This document shows positions 60,261 through 64,000 of a DNA stretch of 64,000 bases, piece by piece. Location: the NCBI GenBank assembly GCA_965207445.1, contig CBDBLX010000002.1:1783849-1847848 (forward strand), written 5' to 3'. Under the pieces are notes generated by a model. That model ran no database searches and was not told where the DNA came from. It was given only the letters and a program-made list of their open reading frames with translations. Positions within the stretch are counted from its first letter, which is position 1. Each line of letters opens with the position of its first letter. A program made the translations under genes and the position numbers. The stretch is from Nitrosopumilus sp. (lineage in GTDB: Archaea > Thermoproteota > Nitrososphaeria > Nitrososphaerales > Nitrosopumilaceae).

Positions 60261-60943
60261 GATTGAAGAGTCGTGGAATCTAATTTATTGTTTTTGAAGC
60301 ATTACATGTTGTTATTTGGAAGTTAGACAATCAGTACATCAGTATTTGCATAATTGTTACAATTAAACTACTAGATTTATCTGAATTGATGATCGTAAAG
60401 CATGCACGATTGTACAAATATTAGAAAAACAATCCACATTACAAGAAAATAATCTTATTGTTTGCATATATGAATCCTATCAAACTTTTGTCAAGTAAAA
60501 TTGCCATTAATTTACAATTGAATAATAATTATAACGAGGACTACGCATATACATAAAATGCTCACATGAAAAATTACGATATACAGTACGGTAACTTGAT
60601 GTCATACAAGTATCACTAGACCATAAGCACATGAGATGTATGGTAGTTTTTCAAAGTGCAAAAGCCAACACCAGCAGAATATGCCAAGAGATATTGCAAA
60701 TTATGTTTGAGAAGGGTATGCATGCACAACGTGTGATATTGCAAAAATTAAACTTCATACTAGAGACGTATCATTGATCAGGCCAAAAGAGAAAGTGTAT
60801 AGACGACTGTTTCTAGGTCGATATGATACAAAAAAGCGATCAGGTGGCATGCTTGATCTTGGCCTAGTTGTAAGAGAAAAGGCAGGGCAAGCAACTACCA
60901 TCTGTGCTAAGATTTATGAATGTCTCTATGAGTGTGACTACTT

Positions 60944-61528
60944 TTGGCACCAGTCAAGTGGTTGAGCAGCCAACCCGTGTCTTCCGCTAGGTTTAATTTT
61001 AATGCCCGTGTAAGACGCACAATGAACGACATGCTGGAAGGATTCATGGTATATTTGGAGAAGAATAGGCTCGTAGAGTTTGACATGAGAAATAAAGACG
61101 ATTCTAACTTTATCAACAGTACAACTAGGCTACAAAGGTATGTGTTACTGGCAAAGCGCTTTGGATTTGACATGCACTACGAGTACGACATGTGCCTGTA
61201 TGGGCCCCGGTCTAGGGCATTGATGAGCGATTACCTCAAATACGCAGAGAATTACGCGGAAAGCCCGAATGGCAGGATGACGACCGCCCAGATCGTGATA
61301 CGGCTTCCGGAATCGTTTCAAAGTGAAGAGTTTTTGGACTTTGTCAGGAACAGGGATGACGATTGGTTGTATGTGGCCACCACTCTGATGGACCGCAGTG
61401 AAACCCTTCCGAACCGAAACGACTTGATCGAAAACGTCGAATGGACCACCCCAAGATTTTCCATAGAATACATTGCAGGCGTGCTAGATGAGCTGCAGTC
61501 CGCACACATAATAGATATAAAACAATAA
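60944..61528 (+). CDS. YwgA/DUF4065(SocA)-like protein
   Basis: RLQRYVLLAKRFG...YGPRSRAL..DY...WLYVATT pattern; likely start ATG 61022; GC-richer than flanks. Confidence 0.55.
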   Translation: MAPVKWLSSQPVSSARFNFNARVRRTMNDMLEGFMVYLEKNRLVEFDMRNKDDSNFINSTTRLQRYVLLAKRFGFDMHYEYDMCLYGPRSRALMSDYLKYAENYAESPNGRMTTAQIVIRLPESFQSEEFLDFVRNRDDDWLYVATTLMDRSETLPNRNDLIENVEWTTPRFSIEYIAGVLDELQSAHIIDIKQ

Positions 61529-61531
61529 CAT

Positions 61532-62923
61532 CAGTAGTTCGCAATGTGCTCAATTTTTAATGATCTTATTTCTAATTATGCAGTACGACAGATTTACAAT
61601 GGTAAGGAACCACCGTGCGCCAATTCCCACCAAAGCAGTCTTCTGATTGATCCGGCAATTGAATCTACAAACGCATCCATTGTGAATAATTTTTCATCTA
61701 CAAGTCCGCCGTAATTTTCGTACCTTGCCATTGCTCACAAGCCATACAACAGCATTCCAAAAAATATCAACAGTAATCGAAGCTGCAAGGCGTTGCTAGT
61801 TGTCTTTGGAGTCGTGTTTTTTATCACTCTGTATCCCGTCTCTATTATCCAGCGCTTGCGATAAGTCTCTGGGATGGTTTTGATGAGTTTGCTTTTGCTA
61901 GTGATTTTCATATTTGTGGCAAATGCTACATACTGATCAACTGTTTTATCAGTTTCTTTGGCAGTGTTTTTTTCTTGACAACAAGTAATGTAAACTTGCT
62001 GCCTTTTTGTTTTTATCACGCATCTCAATGACTGATGCAGTTTTTCTCTTTTTGTTGTGAACTTCTAAAATATATTTTTGTATGCGCTTATTTTTAATTG
62101 CCGGCATTATGAAAGACAGGCGCAAGCGCAAAAGTTCATCTATGCATGCAACATTGTAAAAACCCCGATCAAAGAGGCCAAGTTCCGGACGTGCATCCTC
62201 TCGAATTAATTTTTCAATGATTTTACGCATGACTGTGACCATTTTATCCTTACTGGTCACACGATGTGCAAACAAAGGTATGTTACCTGCTTGATTTACC
62301 ATTTGTGCCGTCATAAATGAATGAAATCTCGCAGTACCATTTTTGGGCTTTGTTTTTAGCATCTCAGGTTTGAGTGCCTTGCCATAATATTCCCACCCGG
62401 TCATATCAATTGCAATAGTGCCACCTTTTTTGACCATGTTGTGTTTTTTGGCATTCTTGAGCATTGCTTTGACATTCTCGTCACCCCATTGTTTTACTTT
62501 CTCTAGATCTGCACTTTTTAGGCATTTGAGCACAGTATTTTCAGATGGTATGTTTATGCGCTCGTTTTTTCTAAAATAGTTAGCCTCATTGCGTTTTCTT
62601 TTGTGTGTTGCTGCATTTACGCACATGTTGTTGAGTGACATGGTAGCAAGTGTCCCAAGATAATCATCCGCACCATATTTGCTGTTATATCTAGTTGATA
62701 TGTCTAGTCCGAGATCGATGAATCGTTTTCGTAAAACTTTATAATTTACTTGTCCTAATTCATATTGATGTTCTAATACCTCATTTTTCATATATTGTCA
62801 GAGGTACTAAAATGTCCCCACATATTATACTTTCTATTTGATCTGATTAAATATGATCATCAACGTTCAACGATATTGTAGATTATTTAAATAAAATCAT
62901 ATAAAACACATTGCGAACTACTG
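61532..62923 (-). mobile_element. ISH3-family insertion sequence, transposase with one frameshift
   Basis: Same TIRs as 8165-9555; ORFs 61949-62791 and 61735-62028; one base missing near 62005 relative to the other copy. Confidence 0.9.
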
Positions 62924-62924
62924 A

Positions 62925-63005
62925 GTTGTCTGTTCAACCATTTTCCAAATTTAGACACATATTCACCGCATAACGTCTGGCGCAAACACAAGATTGAACG
63001 ATTAC
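62925..63005 (+). mobile_element. ~80-bp MITE copy abutting the ISH3 end
   Basis: GTTCAAC...CCAAATTTAGACACA...TAACGTCTGGCGCA...TTGAACGATTAC. Confidence 0.75.
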
Positions 63006-63156
63006 GTTTTCATTACAATTTTCACATATTGATCATCAATTATGATCAGTTTTTTAATTTTTGTCAAATTTTGAACTAGCAACATCAAAAATTATATTCA
63101 TTTTTAAAAAATAAAATAAATACAAGCAAACCATAATATGAATATATATCTAATAC

Positions 63157-63732
63157 ATGCTACATACTAAAGGTAACTATAATCATCATAACTCGCACAA
63201 AAATGCGTTTATAACCATCAAACAAATGTACAATGATGTGAGCGACAACAAAAGTCAAAACAACATGAACATGGAGCAGAAAGTTGAGCAGATGGCAAAT
63301 ACACTAAAAATCATAGAACAACAACTAGAGCAAACTATCAAAAGTCAAGAGCATGCAATTAGAGTACGTGCAGATATGCAGAATGCAATTGAATCGGCAA
63401 AACAGATCAAAGACAATGAAAAAAACACAACAACAGAATCATTGCAACCACATGATATCCATCTTAGTATAGGTGGAGGCATGTTTGTTTCAGCAAAAGT
63501 TTCTGCATCAAATAAAATACTACTTGACATTGGTTCAGGAGTAATGATAGAAAAAGATCTTGAATACGCTTTAAATTACTTTGAGAACAATATACGAGAA
63601 ATCGAAATCGTGATCAAAAATACAGATGCAGAAAGACAGAAACTTGTCCATTACGTAGAACAATACAGAATGCAATTGAACCAAGCAGTTCAATCAATGT
63701 ACGGTGTCCCAGGCACGAGTGGGAATGTTTGA
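63157..63732 (+). CDS. pfdA: Prefoldin alpha subunit
   Basis: Coiled coils flanking IGGGMFV...KILLDIGSGVMIEK; true start probably downstream of 63157. Confidence 0.88.
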   Translation: MLHTKGNYNHHNSHKNAFITIKQMYNDVSDNKSQNNMNMEQKVEQMANTLKIIEQQLEQTIKSQEHAIRVRADMQNAIESAKQIKDNEKNTTTESLQPHDIHLSIGGGMFVSAKVSASNKILLDIGSGVMIEKDLEYALNYFENNIREIEIVIKNTDAERQKLVHYVEQYRMQLNQAVQSMYGVPGTSGNV

Positions 63733-64000
63733 TAAACTATACAGTGCATTTGCCAAAGCGGCAAAGAGCTTGGGGGAAAAAGAACTAAATGAAAAAGATA
63801 TCGATAATGTACTCTTTGATCTTGAGATGTCACTCTTAGAGGCAGATGTTGCAAGTGAGGTAATAGATGAGATAAAATTAGATATTAAAAGAGATCTCAT
63901 AGGAACAAAGGTTGAAAAATCCATAGTGCAAGACACAATACAAAATACACTAAAAACCAGCATATTATCACTATTTGATGCTACAGGTAAAATAGACATC
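63725..64000 (+). CDS. ftsY: SRP receptor FtsY, N-terminal part (runs off the window)
   Basis: Manual translation MFDKLYSAFAKAAKSLGEKELNEKDIDNVLFDLEMSLLEADVASEVI; follows pfdA as usual in archaea. Confidence 0.88.
   Translation, partial: MFDKLYSAFAKAAKSLGEKELNEKDIDNVLFDLEMSLLEADVASEVIDEIKLDIKRDLIGTKVEKSIVQDTIQNTLKTSILSLFDATGKIDI

Overview
Chromosomal window of an ammonia-oxidising archaeon (Nitrosopumilaceae-type; inferred from archaeal leuS/alaS, rpl1/10/11/12/19e/32e, spt5, secE, dtdA, pfdA, ftsY and the split metH). Dense IS/MITE content, pseudogenes and Asn-rich microsatellite insertions in core proteins suggest a host-associated, possibly sponge-symbiont, lineage (inference). The most striking element is an ~8 kb transposase-less cassette (16164-24179) bounded by 114-bp inverted repeats whose termini resemble the resident IS66 ends. 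It carries three domain-shuffled genes: two 2H-phosphoesterase + metallophosphoesterase fusions, and an apparently catalytically dead 2H domain fused to a very recently duplicated tandem AAA+ ATPase. It also holds an Mrr remnant and a CAP-domain membrane protein, and is a candidate undescribed nucleotide-signal or RNA-end processing system. Other notable features: a split methionine synthase bracketed by IS6-like direct repeats next to a divergent glmS; an ISH3-flanked, poly-G-containing surface protein; an ~80-bp IS66-type MITE family; and an IS66 insertion with a perfect target duplication disrupting a membrane protein gene. No rRNA, tRNA or CRISPR array was recognised.
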